Positions 63,319 to 64,000 of a stretch of 64,000 nucleotides of DNA are shown here, piece after piece. Positions within the stretch are counted from its first letter, which is position 1; each line of letters starts with the position of its first letter. The translations under genes were made by a program, and so were the position numbers. This DNA is from Bdellovibrionales bacterium (GTDB lineage Bacteria > Bdellovibrionota > Bdellovibrionia > Bdellovibrionales > UBA1609): positions 992,001 through 1,056,000 of the forward strand of contig OZ241329.1 of the NCBI GenBank assembly GCA_965199825.1, given 5' to 3'. Below the pieces are notes generated by a model. It did not search any database. It was not told where the DNA came from and was given only the letters and a program-made list of their open reading frames with translations.

Positions 63319-63383
63319 TTTTCCCTCTTATTTGATGGCATGGTTCTTACATGCAAAATTGATACGACCCAAGGAGGACAAAA

Positions 63384-64000
63384 ATGTCAGGTTTCAAAGT
63401 TTTAAGCGTAGTCATAATTACACAGATGTTAAGTTTCATGGCCCATGCTCAACCTAATTCTCGCAAAGACAACTTGGAGCAAGCCGAACTTTTAACAAAC
63501 ATTGCGTTATGCAGTCCTCATCGCGCCGTATATTCAATCACCAGACGTGGACAAGTCTTAAACGAATCATACCAAATCTATTTACAAACGAATTTATCGG
63601 CACAAACGGATGCGCTTCAGATCTTAAAAACCGCAGCACAGCCTCCAGATGGCAGGCATTTTAACGAAGCCTTTTTTGATGTCTCGTCGACATGTCCACG
63701 GTTTCGAACAGTTTACTCTTATAACCCCAGCACAGGAGCCGACGGATTTGTGATGTGGGGAGTAGATCTCTTTGCCGGTTACGACAATGAATCCTCATCG
63801 ATGGCTACTCAGGATTTATTTTGCCAGTATGGTGGGTATCGAGCCGCGGTCTCTTCGAAATCTCGACCGATCGTAGAAAACCAAACTCTTCCATCACAGG
63901 CTCTTTCATTCACCACAAGTCCAGAGACTGGCCATATCGTACCTATCGCGGTCACATTAGACCAAAGCCGAAAGCCCGTATTTTTGAGTGATATTTACTG
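63384..64000 (+). CDS. Secreted hypothetical protein, truncated by the window end (absent from the ORF track)
   Basis: aggagg SD; MSGFKVLSVVIITQMLSFMAHA signal peptide; frame stays open to base 64000. Confidence 0.75.
   Translation, partial: MSGFKVLSVVIITQMLSFMAHAQPNSRKDNLEQAELLTNIALCSPHRAVYSITRRGQVLNESYQIYLQTNLSAQTDALQILKTAAQPPDGRHFNEAFFDVSSTCPRFRTVYSYNPSTGADGFVMWGVDLFAGYDNESSSMATQDLFCQYGGYRAAVSSKSRPIVENQTLPSQALSFTTSPETGHIVPIAVTLDQSRKPVFLSDIY

Noticed and set aside
56317..64000. Integron cassette array
   Set aside because: Genes point in both directions, no repeated attC-like site is visible and there is no integrase

Overview
Bacterial chromosomal segment, most likely from a Bdellovibrionota (Bdellovibrio-like predator). 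This is inferred from the Bd0055-type histone and from a gene order I recall for the origin-proximal region of B. bacteriovorus. Positions 1-37.7 kb are mostly core genes: sdhCAB, rpsF-DUF2232-rplI, dnaB, fis, ftsK, dapA/dapB, transaldolase, lytic transglycosylase, a bacterial histone, ligA, gatCAB, ppx, a LysM lipoprotein, PilZ, rho, prfA, prmC, murA, a GYF-TPR protein and serS. This part also holds a deletion-eroded queE pseudogene that the ORF track only partly shows. After serS come a highly self-complementary non-coding region, a secreted serine protease and tRNA-Ser(UGA). An accessory region follows with a compact, non-colinear hybrid NRPS-PKS cluster: PPTase, KS-AT-KR-ACP, C-A-T-C-A-T, MFS and C-A-T-TE, with A-domain codes read by eye as Asp, Ser and Gln/Glu. 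Beyond it lie secreted orphans (two 8-Cys paralogues, a clan-A glycosidase lipoprotein, a HExxH protein and a signal-peptide-bearing MarR-like protein) and decayed genes (aqpZ, MAPEG). The best novelty candidates are the NRPS-PKS line, the structured RNA-like region after serS and the exported winged-helix protein. All calls come from manual motif reading; no searches were run.
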